Shown: positions 28,500-43,261 of the stretch, one piece after another
Layout of the letters: each line of letters starts with the position of its first letter
Numbering within the stretch: position 1 is the first letter of the stretch
NCBI RefSeq assembly: GCF_009914755.1
Contig: NC_060925.1
Length of the DNA stretch: 64,000 nucleotides
From: the human T2T-CHM13v2.0 reference genome, Homo sapiens
Strand: one strand, 5' to 3'
Program-made: the position numbers and the translations under genes
Notes under the pieces: generated by a model
What the model saw: the letters and a program-made list of their open reading frames with translations, nothing else
Told to the model about the DNA's origin: nothing
Databases searched by the model: none

Positions 28500-29370
28500 A
28501 TGTTCAGACAGTCTTAACATAGTCTCCTCATATTAATCCTCACAGCAATCCTGCAAATGGGCATTAAGATCTTTGTCATAGATGATGGAACTGAAGCTTA
28601 AAGCTTTTAAATCATTTACCCAAATTCACGTATATGATAGGTGGAAGAGTCTATATTCCAAAACCAGTACCTCTGATTTCAAGTTTAATATCCTTTTTTC
28701 CCCTTTCACTATTACAGTTTTCTCTGTGTGAGAAAGTAAATTCAATAGGGTCTCTTGATGGCATTTTGCTATCATGTAATACAAATATTTCTTTTTTGTT
28801 GTTACATAGTTGGGAATTTGAAATTCTGTTTTCTACATTCAACACTAAAAGGAAGAAAAAACACATGACCGTTAAAAAAAAGAAACTACAAATATACTAC
28901 TGAAAATGAAATTAAAGTAAGGTATTCTATATTGTCATGTTTTCTGGCTAAAATAATACCCACAGTTTCAGAGAATTTTAATCTCTACCTATATGAAAAA
29001 AGAGAGAAGCGAATAGGGAAGGAAGCTAAGATTTTAGTCTCATCATTTCTTTAAGAAACTATAATTATTTTCTTATGGCTAACATAATTTCTAACATCAA
29101 TCTATTTGCAGTCAGTTGTAAACATTGAAAATGTTTTGAAACTTACAGTGGAAATACAGAATTTGTAGCCAGACAAACTTGAGTTTGAATTCTAATAACA
29201 CCACATAAATCTATAGGCCTTGAGGAAGTAAGTTAATTAAGCCATAAATTAGAGATGAGCCTCAAGCTTCTTATCTCTGAAATGAAAGTTTATAATAATA
29301 ATCTCATAGAAAGGTGGTGGCTATCACATGACATAGTAGATATAAAGCACTTATAGATTATAAACTTTTT
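28500..29370. mobile_element. Two MIR fragments (~28500-28680 minus; ~29140-29370 plus)
   Basis: taatcctcacagcaatcctgc...agatgatggaactgaagct; agacaaacttgagtttgaattc. Confidence 0.6.
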
Positions 29371-30740
29371 TAAAGTTTACTTCCCTTTTCTCTTTGCATC
29401 AGATAGATTCTCATCATTCTAGAAATAACCTGATTCTTATTCCCAAGTAGTGCACAATCAAGTGGATTTTATTCACTTAGTAAGTATTCAAAGAGAGAAA
29501 GCGAGAAACAGAGAAGAAAGATGGAGGAAAGGAAGAAGGGAAGGAAGATAAGGAGGAAGGGAGAGAGGGGAAAAGTCCTACTAAGAAAAACAATACTAAA
29601 ATCAGATGGAGACATGTTCCTTCTCTGCATGATCTAATATTGTTCTGTTAGTAGAGATTGGAAGTACTTGGAGTTATCCATCCTGCCCTTGTCCTCTTTC
29701 CCCAGTAGAAATACAGGAAATAAAAAAAGTTTTATAACACTTCTGATAATATCACTAGAAATTGGTCATTAGTTCTCAAAGCAGAACTTCTTGCTTGATA
29801 TATATTTGGCCCTATTTGATTTTATCATTCATTCAAGGGTGGAATTGTTACAGAAATATATTCTAGGGTCACTAATCCCATCACTATGCACAATTATACA
29901 TTTATTTTTTGGACAACTGTCCAGATTCCAAATGTAAACCTGAAAGACCTAAAGAAATTTTTCAACACCCAGTCTAGGATTGATCTTAACTGGACTTTGG
30001 CTGTCTATGGCATCTCAAGTAGCTATTTCCAACTTCACTGTAGAGGACAGCCATTACAGGTTTGGGCAGCTATCTCCACCATGAGAAAGAGTTAATTTTT
30101 TGTATAATTTTGAAGTCTGAGTGAAGTTGAAGTGTGAATTCATTACAGGATATCGTGAATGTTGTTAAGTGGATCATACGAATGCAGTTCCCTCTATATT
30201 TCCTATAATGATTTGTATATACTCTAAGTAATTACAGGCATTTATATTTATAATTAGCCTTTTGGGGGAACCATTTTAAGAAAATGATTTGTCCAGCTGT
30301 GTACCAGATTAGTATCAGCCAGGTGTTTGTCAAATACCACCGTAACTGGGAAAACACAGCAAGAAGTGTTGATACAAAAAGAACTTTGGAAATATGCTTA
30401 AAGTTTCATTTTTTTTTTTCCAAAAATAGTTGCATCACTTCTTAGAACACAAGTACATGTCTTTCAAACATGACTTTTTTCTTTAAAAAGTGGGGCATGA
30501 GTACACAAATACAGTGATGAAATGAAAAAATATAATCAATGGAATTTTACTGGCACAACGTAAAGGTCAGGATAAGACTAACAATACAAGCATTAGAAAC
30601 AACACTGAGCAATGTTCTGAATGATCATGAACTGCCTTTAGAGGCTTCTAAAGCACCAAGATGAATTGGTGCCAACAACTGGACTATGGAGTCAAGATAC
30701 CAGCAGAGGCAGTTGACCCAAACTCAAGATGAAACTTTTA

Positions 30741-31055
<315 letters not shown>

Positions 31056-31574
31056 TTATATTCTTGTGAAGATTTGTCTGTGTACAGGACAGAATCGTAA
31101 ATTAAAATCCCCAAATAAGAAAGTCTGAGTCAAGAAGGCAACAGTGAGACAACTATTAACCTCTGTTTTCGGTAATAACATCATACATCTATTCGAATGT
31201 CCCCTTGTCCAAAGAATTATGTAAACCTTAATCATCTTTTAAATGGGCATCATCTGATTTCCTTTCAAACTTCAACCCCTAAATGAGTATATTGTTCTGA
31301 TTTGGAAACTACCAGGGAGAAATCTGACTATTCAAAGCAGTGAAGTCAACCTGAGTTGATAACGTAACTGCAGGCATTCCTACAACATTTCATCCTCTCC
31401 AATATAAATAGAGCAATTTGACCTTCATTTAACTTGATCATTTAAAATCCATTATGAACAACATAAATATCTTTCCCACCATGTGCTTTAAAAACTTTGT
31501 ACTATTTATTTTTTTGCAGGGAAAACTTCCAGATAATACAGGGTCAGAAATCTGACCACTTTTGAATTTTCTTC

Positions 31575-33720
31575 CTTTTTAAAATTTATTTTTAAATTTA
31601 TAATTGACACAATAATATTACATATTTCTGGGGTACAATGTGATGTTTTGAGGCACATGTACATAGTGTAATGATCAAATTGGAGTAGTTATCATATCCA
31701 TCATTTTAGACATTTCTTTGTGGTGACAACCTTCAAAATCTTCTCTTCTAGCTATCTTGAATATGTAGTACAATGTTATTTTTCTATAGTCACTGTATTG
31801 TGTAATACAACACCAAAACTTATTCTTCCTGTATAATTTAACGTTGCAGCAATTGACCAACCTTTTGTTGTCCCCCCTTCCAGCCTTTGGTAGCCACTAT
31901 TTTACTCTCTATTTCTATGAAATCAATGTTTTTAGATTTCACATGAGTGAGATTATGCAGTTTGTCTTTCTGTGTCTAGCTTATTTCACATAATATAATG
32001 TCCTCCAGGTTCATCTACGTTGCTTCAACTGACATGATTTCATTCTGTGTTATGGTTAAATGGTATTCTATTGTGTGTCTGCATGTGTGTGTGTTTGTGT
32101 GTATAACAATTTTTAATCCATTCATCTGTAGATGGTCATCTAGGTTCATTCCATATCTTGACTACTGTGAATAGCACTATAATAAACATGGGTGTGCAGA
32201 TGTATCATCAACATACCGATTTCATTTTCTTTGATATATGCCCAGTAATGAGCTTGCTAGATCAAATGGTAGTCTATTTCTAGTTTTTAAAGGAAACTTT
32301 ATACTGTTTTCCATAATGGCTGTATTACCTTATATTTCCACCAATCGTGTGTAAGAGTTCCCTTTCCTTTGCCAGCATGTTTGTCTTTTTGAAAAAAGCT
32401 GTTTTAACTGCAGTGAGGTGATACCATTGTGGTTTTGATGAGCATTCCTCAGGTGATTAGTGAAGTTTTGCATTTTTAATCTATCTGTTGGTTATTTGTA
32501 TGTACTCTTGTGAAAAAATGTCTATTCAGGTCTTTTGCCATTTTTTATCTGATTTTTTGGGTTTTGGCCATTGAGTTGTTGAGTTTTTTATATAATCAGG
32601 GTATTAACTTATTATCAGATGCATAGTTTGCAAATATTTCTCTCATTCTGTAGATTTTCTTTTCACTTCATTGATCATTTCCTTTGCTGTACAGAAGCTT
32701 TTTAGTTTTATGTAATCTCATTTGTCTATTTTAGCTTTTGTTGCCAGGGCTTTTGAAGTTTTATTCAAAAAACCTTTTCCCAGTTCAATTTCATGAAGCA
32801 TTTCCTCTATCTTTTGCTGTAGTAGTTTCATAGTTTGGATCTTATGTTTGAGTCTTTAATCCAGTTAGAGTTGATTTTTGTATACTGTGAGAGATGGGGG
32901 TCTAGTTTCATGCTTCTGCATGTGGCTATCCATTTTTTTCAGCACCATTTATTGAAGAGATTGTCCTTTCTCCAATGTGTGTTCTTGGCATCTTCGTCAA
33001 AAATCAGTTGGCTGTAAATGCATGAATTTATTGCTTGGTTCTCTATTCCATTGATCTATGTGTCTATTTTTATGCCAGTATTATTCTGTGTTGGTTACTA
33101 GAGCTTTGTAGTATATTTCGAAGTCAGATAGTGTGATGCATCTAGCTTTGTCTTTTTTGCTCAGAATTGCTGTGGCTATCTGGGTCTTCCGTGGTTCCAC
33201 ATAAATTTTAAAATTGTTTTTTCTATTTCTGTGAGGAATGTCACTAGTATTTTGATAAGAATTGCATTGAATCTGTAGATTGCATTGAATCTGTAGATTG
33301 GGGTAATATGGAAATTTTAATGATTGTTTTCTCCAATCCATGAACATAGGATATCTTTCAATTTATTTGTGTCCTCTTCAATTTTTTTTTTTTTTTGAGA
33401 TGGAGTCTCACTCTGTTGCCCAGGCTGCTGGAGTGCAGTGGCAAGATCTCAGCTCACTGCAACCTCCACCTCCCTGCTCAAATGATTCTATGATTCTCCT
33501 GCCTCAGCTTTCCGAGTAGCTGGGATTACAGGCAACTGCCACCATGCTTGACTAATTTTTGTACTTTTAGTAGATATGGGGTTTCACCATATTGGCGAGG
33601 CTGGTTTTGAACTCCTGACCTCGAATGATCCGTCTGCCACAGCTTCCCAAACTGCTGAGATTACAGGCATGAGCCACTGTGCCCGGCCCCTCTTCAATTT
33701 TTTTCATCTATGTTTTATAG
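31575..33720 (-). mobile_element. L1MA-type 3' portion (~1.8 kb) interrupted by an Alu
   Basis: T-rich tail, L1MA 3'UTR (ggggtacaatgtgatgtttt) and a degenerate ORF2 3' part. Confidence 0.85.
33383..33688 (-). mobile_element. AluS inserted in L1MA
   Basis: TSD cctcttcaattttttt on both sides. Confidence 0.93.
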
Positions 33721-33863
33721 ATTTCTTAATTGTAGCCAGGGCTGACGTGTCATTGAGATTTTTATTCAATTTTTTAAACACTTTAAGTCCCACAGACAAC
33801 ATCATGTCAGGTCTTTATGATTTTGGAGTTTAGATTTGGTTTCCTCCCTCTATGAACCCTCCT

Positions 33864-34304
33864 TGTTATAAATTGATTTTGTCACCCCCTTTCAAATTCA
33901 TATATTGAAGTCCTAATTCCTGGTACCTAATGCGACCTTATTTGAAAATAAGGTCATTGTAGATAGAATTAGTTAAGATGAGGTAGGATGGGCCCCTAAA
34001 TCAATATAACTGGTGTTCTTTAAAAAGTGGGAACACACACATTCAGGGAGAACACTATGTGAACCTAAAGGCATAGATTGGTATGCATCTACAAACCAAG
34101 AAACTCCAAAGCTTGCTGGCAGAAGCTATAAGAAAGGGGTGGAGCAGGTTTTTCCCTCACAGCTCATGGAAGAAACCAACAGTGCCAACAACTTGATCCT
34201 GGACTTCCAGCCTCCAGAACTGTGAGGTAATAAATTTCTGTTGCTTAAACCACTCAGCATGTGGTATTTCATGATGTCAACCCTAAGAAACTAACACTAA
34301 TACA
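33864..34304 (+). mobile_element. MLT1C-like solo LTR
   Basis: gaccttatttgaaaataaggtc...ggacttccagcctccagaactgtgag...aataaatttctgttg. Confidence 0.8.
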
Positions 34305-34944
34305 CTTTCTTCACAGTTGTGCCAGAAAATTGTCTCATTAGCTGATTAGTGACTCCCTTATTATTTCTGCTTTTGTACATTGAGTGGGAATATTTGCATA
34401 TCATTGATGCCAGAATCTATCCTTCAAAATGATGGCCATTTTAAAAATGGATAATATCTTTAAGCATTGCCTTGCCCTTCCAAAAGGTGAAAAAAAAGTG
34501 AGGCTTGGTAAGGAGGACAAGATCTGCTAAAACTTGCCATTAAAAAATATTATAGCAGATCTCTGGATACGTTCCAGTATTAAAACACATTTGACAGAAA
34601 TATGAGAAATGAGAGACCATACTACCAATGTCATTCTATCAATGTCTTTAAGATGAGAGCAAAGAAGCAAGAGGATCAAGGAGGAAAATAATAAAGAATC
34701 CTTGCTATCAAGCAGAAAGGGGATTGGCCTTGATCAGTGGGAAAGTTAAAAAGGGCCACAAAATTAAACTGCTCCTTAAAAAATAGAAAAGGAGATAATG
34801 AAGTCAAGGGAAAAGCAACATTAGTATCTGGATTTAATTCATGACCTTCTTAGTCCTAGGAGAATTTGGGCCAGGAGAATTTCCTAATCAGCAGCTGCAC
34901 TCCCCACTTCTAGCTCTCTGGGCCACATTTGACAAATGTAGATC

Positions 34945-35305
34945 TGAAACTTTAATATGGATGAGAATCACCAGAGGTCTTCTAAAACAGATTGCTGTCT
35001 CTCTTCCCACTGCACCCCATAGTTGCCATTTCATAGGTCTGGAGTGGGGTCCCAATAACTTGCATTTTTAATGAGTTCCCAGGTAATTCTGATGCTGCTG
35101 ATCTGGGGGCAATACTTTAAGAACCACTGGACTGTAACAATGTCAAACCTGCCTGATGAGAAGAATCACCTGGAAGGTTTAAAAAAATGCAAAATCCTCG
35201 GCCCCATGCCAGACTTTCTGACTCAACCTCCAGGGAAGAGCCTAAAATTTTCTATTTCAACAATCCTGCCTGATTAATATGATTAGGTGAGTTTGGAAAA
35301 TGCTA
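34945..35305. mobile_element. MER5A plus an adjacent MER5-like fragment
   Basis: agaatcacc...taggtctggagtggggtcc...tgcattttt...ctgatgctgctg...actttaagaaccactg. Confidence 0.7.
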
Positions 35306-36454
35306 CACCAAATCTCTATAAATTCCCTTTTTTAGCATCTGTTGTTTTTCCACTTGGTTTCAGTGAATTTTGCAATATGGCAGTAGCTATGTGATGAGCT
35401 AAGAGTAGCACAAGTACTAGGTTCTGTACCTTGAATTTCCTGATCCCATTGGCTGACCACAGTACCCTGCTTTTTCTTTTTATGAACATGTGCCTTGGGA
35501 GAGAGTCTTCCTTAATCCCAACTGGCCCTGGTATCATGATGTCATCCAGAGGCCACTCTGAAACCAACTCAGATGATGTAGCCTTCACTGGTAATTCTCT
35601 GCTTATCTTTCACTCTTTCTTATCATACAACATGCATATTTTGCTCTGAATATTAATGGTGGCTCTAGCCTCAGGCTGTTTCCTCTTAACTTTGAAAGTA
35701 TTTACGTGTGAGTTATGCTCTACAAGTTTTATTTCAAAAGCACTTTCTCTTTATTTGGCAGGAATATTCTTGCTGGCACTTGCAGAGGAAATCCCATTGG
35801 TTCAGCAGATGGCTAATGATAATTGAAGTTAACTCTTTAGAGAACAATTAGAGATTTCCAAAAGGATTGTAGTAAAATTGCTTAGGGCCCTATCATGCCC
35901 ATCTGCTGCTTTTGAGAACATATAATTCCTATCTCTTAGATCCAAATTCCAGCCACAAACTCAAAGTTGAGGCACCCTGTAAATGGCTTTCTTTGGACCT
36001 TCTTTGCCTTTTGGGGATTTGTAATGATTCTAAATATAGTGACCTGATATAGTTTAGCTCTAATTTTTGCAGCAGCACTGCAAGTAGATGTTACTCTATT
36101 TTACAAATAAGAAAACTGAGGCTAAACAAGATCAGATATAGAGTCTTGAAGATTATACAACTGCCTAGTATCAGTCAGGATTCAAACCCACAGCTATCCA
36201 ACTTACAAGCCTAAGCTGCTCCTCTAAGACGACTCTATTCTACTTTTGAAGAAATGTGGGGTCAGGTTTGAGAGCAACATTTTAATTTGTTATTTTTCCT
36301 GGAGTTTCCAAGATTGTGTTTAAATTCTACCAAGTGAGAAAAGGTTACAACAATCATCCTTAGTTTTGTTTGCTATCTCAACAGGACTCTGCGTGCTTTG
36401 ATTCTAAATGTAAAATTAGCTCTGTCTGTTACAGGAAAGCCATCAACTGGGCAG

Positions 36455-38728
36455 TGTATTAGTCTGTTCCCTCACTGCCAACAAAGACATACCTGAGACT
36501 GGGCAATCTATAAAAAAAAAAGACGTTCAATTGACTCACAGTTCCATATGTCTGGGGAAGCCTCACACTTCATGGTGGAAGGTGAATGAGGAGCAAAGTC
36601 ATGTCTTACATGGCGGCAGGCCAAGAGAGTGTGTGCAAGGGAACTCGTCTTTATAAAACCATCAGATCCCATGAGACTTATTCACCATGATGAGAACAGA
36701 ACAGGAAAGACCTGACCCCATGATTCAATTACCTCCCCTCAGGTCCCTCCCACAACATGTGGGAATTCTGGGAGCTACACTTCAAGATGAGATTTGGGTG
36801 GGGACACAGCCAGATCATATCATTCCACTCTTGACCCCTCCCAAATCTATGTCCTCACATTTCAAAACCAATCATGCCTTCCCAACACTCCCCCAAAGTC
36901 TTAACTCATTTCAGCATTAACTCAAAAGTCTGCAGTCCAAAGTCTCATCTGAGACAAGGCAAGTCCCTTGCCTGTAAAATCAAAACCAAGTTAGTTACTG
37001 CCTAGATACAATGGGGGTACAGGCATTTGGTAAATACAGCTATTCCACATGGTAGCAATTGGCCAAAATGAAGGGGATACAGGCCCCACCCAATTATGAA
37101 TTTCAGTGAGGCAGTCAAAGCTTAAAGCTCCAAAATGATCTCCTTTGACTCCATGTCTCACATCCAGGTCACGCCAATGCAAAAGGTGGGTTCTCATAAT
37201 CTGAGACAGCTCTGTCCCTCTGGCTTTGCAGGGTACATCCCCTCTCCTGACTGATTTCATGGGCTGGCATTGAGTATCTAAGGCTTTTCCAGGCACACCG
37301 CACAAGCCTTTGGGAGATCCACATTCTGGGGTCTGCAGGATGGGAGCCCTCCTCTGATGGCTCTACTAGGCAGTGTCTCAGTGGGGACTCTGCATGGGGG
37401 TTCCAACCTCACATCTCCCCTCCGTACTGCCCTAGCAGAGGCTCTCCATGAGGGCCCTGACCCTGTAGCCAATCTCTGGATATCCAGGCATCTGCACACA
37501 TCCTCTGAAATCCAGGAAGAGGGGCCCAAACTTCAATTCCTGGCCTTTGTGTACCTGCAGGCCCAACACCGTGTGGAAGCTGCCAAGGCCCAGGGCCTGC
37601 GCCCTCCGAAGCCACTGCCTGAACGGTACCTTGGCTCCCTCTAGCCATGGCTGGAGCAGCTGCAGGGTGCCAAGCCCCTGGCCTGCACACAGCAGGGGGA
37701 CCCAGGAATCCACTTTTTCTCTCCTAAGCCTCCAAGCCTGCGATGGAGGGGCTACCAGGAAGGTCTCCAACATGCCCTGGAGACATTTTTTCCATTTTCT
37801 TGGTGATTCACATTGGGCTCCTGGTTACTTATGCAAATTTCTGATGCAGGCTTGAATTTCTCCCCAGAAAATGGGTTTTTCTTTTCTATTGCATGGTCAG
37901 GCTGCAAATTTTCCAAACTTTAATGTTTCACTTCCTCTTGAACATTTTGCTACCTAGAAATTTCTTCCACCAGATATCCCAAAGCATCTCTCTCAAGTTC
38001 AAAGTTCCACATATATCTAGGGCAGAGGCTAAAAGCCGTCAGTCTCTTTGCTAAAGCACAGCAAAAGTCACCTTTGTTCCAGTTCCCAACAAGTTCCTTA
38101 TCTCCATCTGAGACCATGTCAGCCTGGATTTCATTGTCCACATCACTATCAGCATTTTGCTCCAAGCCATTCAACAAGTCTCTAGGAAGTTCCATACTTT
38201 CCCGCATCTTTCTGTCCTCTGAGCCCTCCAATTCTCTAGGAAGTTCCAAACTTTCCCACATTTTCCTATCTTCTGAGCCCTGCACACTATTTCAACCTCT
38301 ACCTATCACCCAGTTCCAAACTTGTTTCCACATTCTCAGGTGCCCTTTATAGCAACACTCAATTTACTGTATCAGTCTGTTTCCATGCTGCCAACAAAAA
38401 CATAGCTAAAACGGGCAATCTATAAAGGAAAGAGGTTCAATTGACTCACAGCTCCACATAGCTGAGGAGGCCTCACAATCATGGCAGGAGGTGAATGAGG
38501 AGCAAAGTCATGTCTTACATGGCAGCAGGAAAGACAGCATGTGCAGGGGAACTCCCCTTTATAAAACCATCATCTCTTGTGAGATGTATTCACTATCATG
38601 AGAACAGACAGGAAAGACCCGCCCCATGATTCAATTACTTCCCAGTGGGTCCCTCCCATGACAGGTGGGAATTATGGGAGCTACAATTCAAGATGAGATT
38701 TGGGCAGGGACAGAGCCAAACCATATCA
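36455..38728 (-). mobile_element. Full-length THE1B-like MaLR: LTRs 36455-36822 and 38368-38728
   Basis: Paired LTRs, THE1-int, degenerate TSD ggcag/agcgg. Confidence 0.93.
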
Positions 38729-38849
38729 AGCGGTTATTCAGAAAATGTGACTAACTATTGGTTTTAAGTAACAAAAGGATGGTTTCAGTCTTGAATTATC
38801 TTGAATTATTATGTTTGCTCAAACTTTCATAGTTGATTGTTGCATATCT

Positions 38850-39530
38850 TCTTTCCGTTCTTTCTTTCTCCAGCAAGAATTTGTTTGTACCAGCTCTATG
38901 CCATACACCGTGATAGACACACCAGACGTGGAAGTGAGAAATATGGTTCCCATCTTGGATAGCAAAGAAGATGGACAAATAAACCAACAAATTAAACACA
39001 GAAAAACGTTTTCTAAAGGAAGGAGGTTTCTTGAAGGAAGTGGTACTTCTGTTGAAATATGAAAGATGAGTGAGGGTTAGTCACATACAGAAAGGGAGAA
39101 GGGAGTATCCAATGTAGATAGAACAGCATATGAAAAGCACAGAGATGTGAGAGAGCAGGTAGGCATTGCTGTAAATCCAGGTGGATGTAAAAAAAATCAG
39201 AGCCTTGCAGGAACTAGGTTGTAGAAAGCTCTGTGGACTAAGTTTAGTTGGTTTAACTTTATCCTAAAAGTCACAGGAAAATATTAAAGATGTTTAAAAA
39301 AGAAAAAAAAGCAGATTTTCATTTTATTAACAAAACATAACTCTGGCAGCAGGTGTGGAAAATGGATGGAGGGGCCAGGACCAGAAGAAAGACACCTGTT
39401 ACTGAAGCAATGCAGATGGGAAATGATGGAGACCTAGATGTAGACCATGCCAGCAAAGACGGAGGGGCAGAATTGAGTAATACTTGTAGAACTAATGTAA
39501 CTTACAGGATGATTAGATACATAGAAAGGA
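38850..39530 (-). mobile_element. L2 fragment
   Basis: agaacagcatatgaaaagcacagagatgtgagagagc...ctctggcagcaggtgtggaaaatggatgga. Confidence 0.6.
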
Positions 39531-40316
39531 GACTAACTCAATCCTTTATTTTTCTTCCTTTTTCAAAAGTTTTTTTAAGACTATATTACTATCTTTTCCC
39601 CATTCCCTCCATACTTAATATGACAGTTAGCTAATTTTACTTGAATACCTATGTCTTATTCTTTACCAACACCATCAAGCAGCAGCATCTCCCTACCACC
39701 ACCACAACAAGCAGCAAGTGTTTATGGAGCACCTCTTAATAAATTATCCTTTGTCTTGTTTTGTGACAAATTTACATTCCTCTCTGCTTTACTTTTGCTT
39801 TATCCTGTATTTTTCATTGTTCTGTGGTTTAGCGTGTATTTTCTTCTGCTCTTCCAGGACCATAGGATTTCAGAGCTTGTTACTTAAGTTCTCAGGTTTT
39901 TGATATGTACTTGGAATTTTATTTTTTACTACTTTCTCAAAGTAATGCTCCACAAATATTTCTTATGTAATTCCAATGCATCTAAAGAGATTTAGCATTT
40001 GAGTTTTATGTTAAACCAATAAACTGATTAAAGCCATAATTAGCAATCACCAACTTTTATCTGGAAATAAACTGAAAACTATTATTCACTTACTAAGGCT
40101 CTGGTGTACTTATTTCTGTAAAGAGAACACTATACTTTGCTCAAAGAAGTAATACAATTTATATTTTCTCCTGTTCTCATGTGTGCAAATTATGTTCATT
40201 TTATTGTACAGGCTATATATCTTCTGCAATACCTTCATCTGCCTGTAGGTGTAAAGTTAAAATTCAGCTCTTCTGTCAAGGTAAGAAATTAGATAGCTGG
40301 CTAAAACAAGTTATTT

Positions 40317-40449
40317 CAGTGTATACTGCTCAGGTGATGGGTTCACCAAAATCTCACAAATCACCACTAAAGAACTTACTCATGTAACCAAATAACACTT
40401 GTTCCCCCAAAACCTATAGAAATAAAAAATTTTAAAAAATGAATATAAA
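40317..40449 (+). mobile_element. Heavily 5'-truncated L1PB-like 3' end
   Basis: caccaaaatctcacaaatcaccactaaagaacttactcatgtaacc plus A-tail; TSD aaaa(c/g)aagttattt. Confidence 0.85.
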
Positions 40450-40513
40450 AAAAGAAGTTATTTAATATGCAGGCTTATATTTATCTAGTTTTTCATTGTT
40501 TACATTTTTTCTT

Positions 40514-41077
40514 TATTCTAAAAAAAACAGGATGCATGCACAAAACGTGCAGGTTTGTTACATAAGTGTACATGTGCTATGGTGGTTTGCTGCACCTATT
40601 GACCCATCCTCTAAGTTCCCTCCCCTCACCCCCGACCCCCCAACAGGCCCTGGTGTGTGTTGTTTCCTTCTCTGTGTCCATGTGTTCTCAATGTTCAGCT
40701 CCCACTTATGAATGAGAACATGTGGTGTTTGGTTTTCTGTTCCTGTGTTAGTTTGCTGAGGATGGTGGCTTCCAGCTTCATTCATGTCCCTGCAAAGGAC
40801 ATGATCTCATTCCCTTTTATGACTGCATAGTATTCCATGGTGTATATGAACCACATTTTCTTTATCCAGTCTATCACTGATGGGCATTTGTGTTGGTTCC
40901 ATGTCTTTGCTATTTTAAATAGTGCTGCAATAAACATACATGTTCATGTGTCTTTATAGTAGAATGATTTCTATTTTGGGGGTATATACCCAGTAATAGG
41001 ATTACTGGGTCAAATGGTATTTCTGGTTCTAGATCCTTGAGGAATCTCTATACTGTCTTCCACAATGATTTAACTAA
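40514..41077 (-). mobile_element. 5'-truncated L1PA (L1PA8-like) 3' end
   Basis: L1PA 3'UTR; perfect 15-bp TSD tttacattttttctt (40499-40513 and 41078-41092). Confidence 0.92.
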
Positions 41078-42952
41078 TTTACATTTTTTCTTAACAGCAG
41101 TCATGTCATGCCATGTTAAAAAAAATACAGATGTTTTCTTCAAGAAGTCTAAGGAAAGACTTCCTTGTACTACTTAAATAAGACTGCCAAAATGGCATAA
41201 TATCAAAAAAGAAATGTAAATAGAGAATCAACTGCCAACTAAATGCCACCATTACTCACAGTGTGATATCACCTACTTGTCTTAGGCATCATTCATTTAT
41301 ATTATAGTCTGGTCCACCGAGACTATTCGTCACATTTTTATTGAGCAATTTCTATGTGCTTAGTACTGACTCTGCTAGGCTCTATAGGTTCTCTGTAGGT
41401 GCTTTAAGTCCTGCCCACAATAGCTTACAATGTGGTTGAGATTTAAATAAAAATACAGAAGTTTTTAAAAATATATCTTGTACAAATTACCTTAAAGTAA
41501 AAAAAATTCAGATAATGAAAATAAAGCTGTCGAAAATCTAGGATGAGCCTAGAAATATTTTGTATTAATAAAATAGTCAGTAAAAGCCTGGATTAATGAA
41601 AAATATGAGGACAGATATTTTTAGTATGGCAATTAAACACTTCTGTAGTCATAACTAAAAATATAATGATAAGCGTATATTTTATACAGATCCTTAAGAT
41701 ACCTGCATAATGACAATTATCTTAAGAACAGTTTTCTTTGAAATGTGCTTCCAATTACAAAGGATGTTGAAAAACTTTTTCTCTTAGTTTATCTGATTTC
41801 CTTATAGCTTTTATTTCATTATTTATTTAATTTTTGAAAATTGTTCTTTTAGATACTAAAAACACAGACCCAAGTCAACTCTGTCTGAATTTTCATATAT
41901 TCTGTGGATATATTTTATTATGTAAAAGATAATGACTCTACTTTTCTCTTCCCTCCTTGGGAGAACTTAGATAAATATACCTTCTGACGGAAGCCAAAGC
42001 TTCTAAACACAATATTCTCTGTTCTCTTACGTATCCCTGGCTAACAGATCTCGGCATGGCTTGGCATGCTTGTTCACATTACCCTGGTCCAACCTCTCTT
42101 GGGAACAGCACAGCTGAGTTTTTTGTTTATTTGTTTGTTTATTTTCTTTTACATTGGGTTGCACTGATGCTGAATGAAAGCACTAATGCTGCAATACAAT
42201 GGGGGCTGGAGTAGGCAGCAGTTCATTTCTTCCAATGCAAAAGCTGTAAGTTTAAAAGTACGTGGAATATATTATATGTATAGTCAGGACTCATGTCCAT
42301 ACAGCCCACTTAAAGCATATTAATGTTATATGTTTGTTTCACATATGTATCCCACAGAACTTTACAGTAGTTACTATAATTAAAATAAAACTGTAGATCA
42401 AACATCAGTTCTTCACAAGTAACTTTTTTTTGGCAAAGTTCTTAAGGATCTTACTTTATTTTGAGGGTTAGTTCTATCTTTATTATAACCTTGTTGCATA
42501 ATGACAAGAATTTGTGTTTATTGAAAATAACAAAAATGAAGATGAAGCTACTTGTTAAAAACCAGTGTTTTGCTGAATTACAACCCAGAGTATTTGAGTA
42601 CACATATAACATAATATAACATTATTTTCAATGAATTTGTACACAATGGATACATTTGTCTAGATTGTAAACAAAAATGTTCTCTGTACCTGCTCAATTT
42701 TTCTGTGAAACTAAAACTACTCTAAAAACTAAAGTAGTTTTTTAAGTATCATATATATATATACTGATATGTATATATAGATATACAGTTTCTCTACATC
42801 AGATTTTAAACTAATTGGACAAAGATATTTCTCATTGTATGAGAAATATCTTTGCCAAATAGTCATTATTTTTCTAACTTTTCTAATTATTTTGTTACTT
42901 ATTACTTTAACAAAAAAACCTTTAATAAACATGCTATGTAAAACTTCATGTG

Positions 42953-43261
42953 GGCTGAGCATGGTGGCTCACACCTGTAATCCCAGCACTTTGGGGGGTT
43001 GAGGCGAGTGGATCACTTAAGGTTAGGAGTTCAAGACCAGCCTGGCCAACATGGTGAAACTCCGTCTCTACTAAAAGTACAAAAATTAGCTGGGAGTGGT
43101 GGTGGGTGCCTGTAATCCCAGCTACTCAGGACGCTGAAGCAGGAGAATTGCTTGAACTGGGGAGGCCAAAGTTGCAGTGACCCGAGATCGCACCATTGCA
43201 CTCCAGCCTGGGCAACAGAGTGAGACTCTGTCTTAAAAACAAACAAATAAACAAACAAAAA
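42953..43261 (+). mobile_element. AluS
   Basis: Full dimer with an (AAAC)n tail. Confidence 0.95.

Noticed and set aside
33261-33296. 18-bp tandem duplication attgcattgaatctgtag
   Set aside because: Slippage inside a dead L1; no functional context.
38180-38280. ~54-bp tandem duplication in the THE1B internal region (EGSEDRKM.ES.ELPR twice)
   Set aside because: The copies are diverged and I recall this as a subfamily consensus feature, not a locus-specific event.
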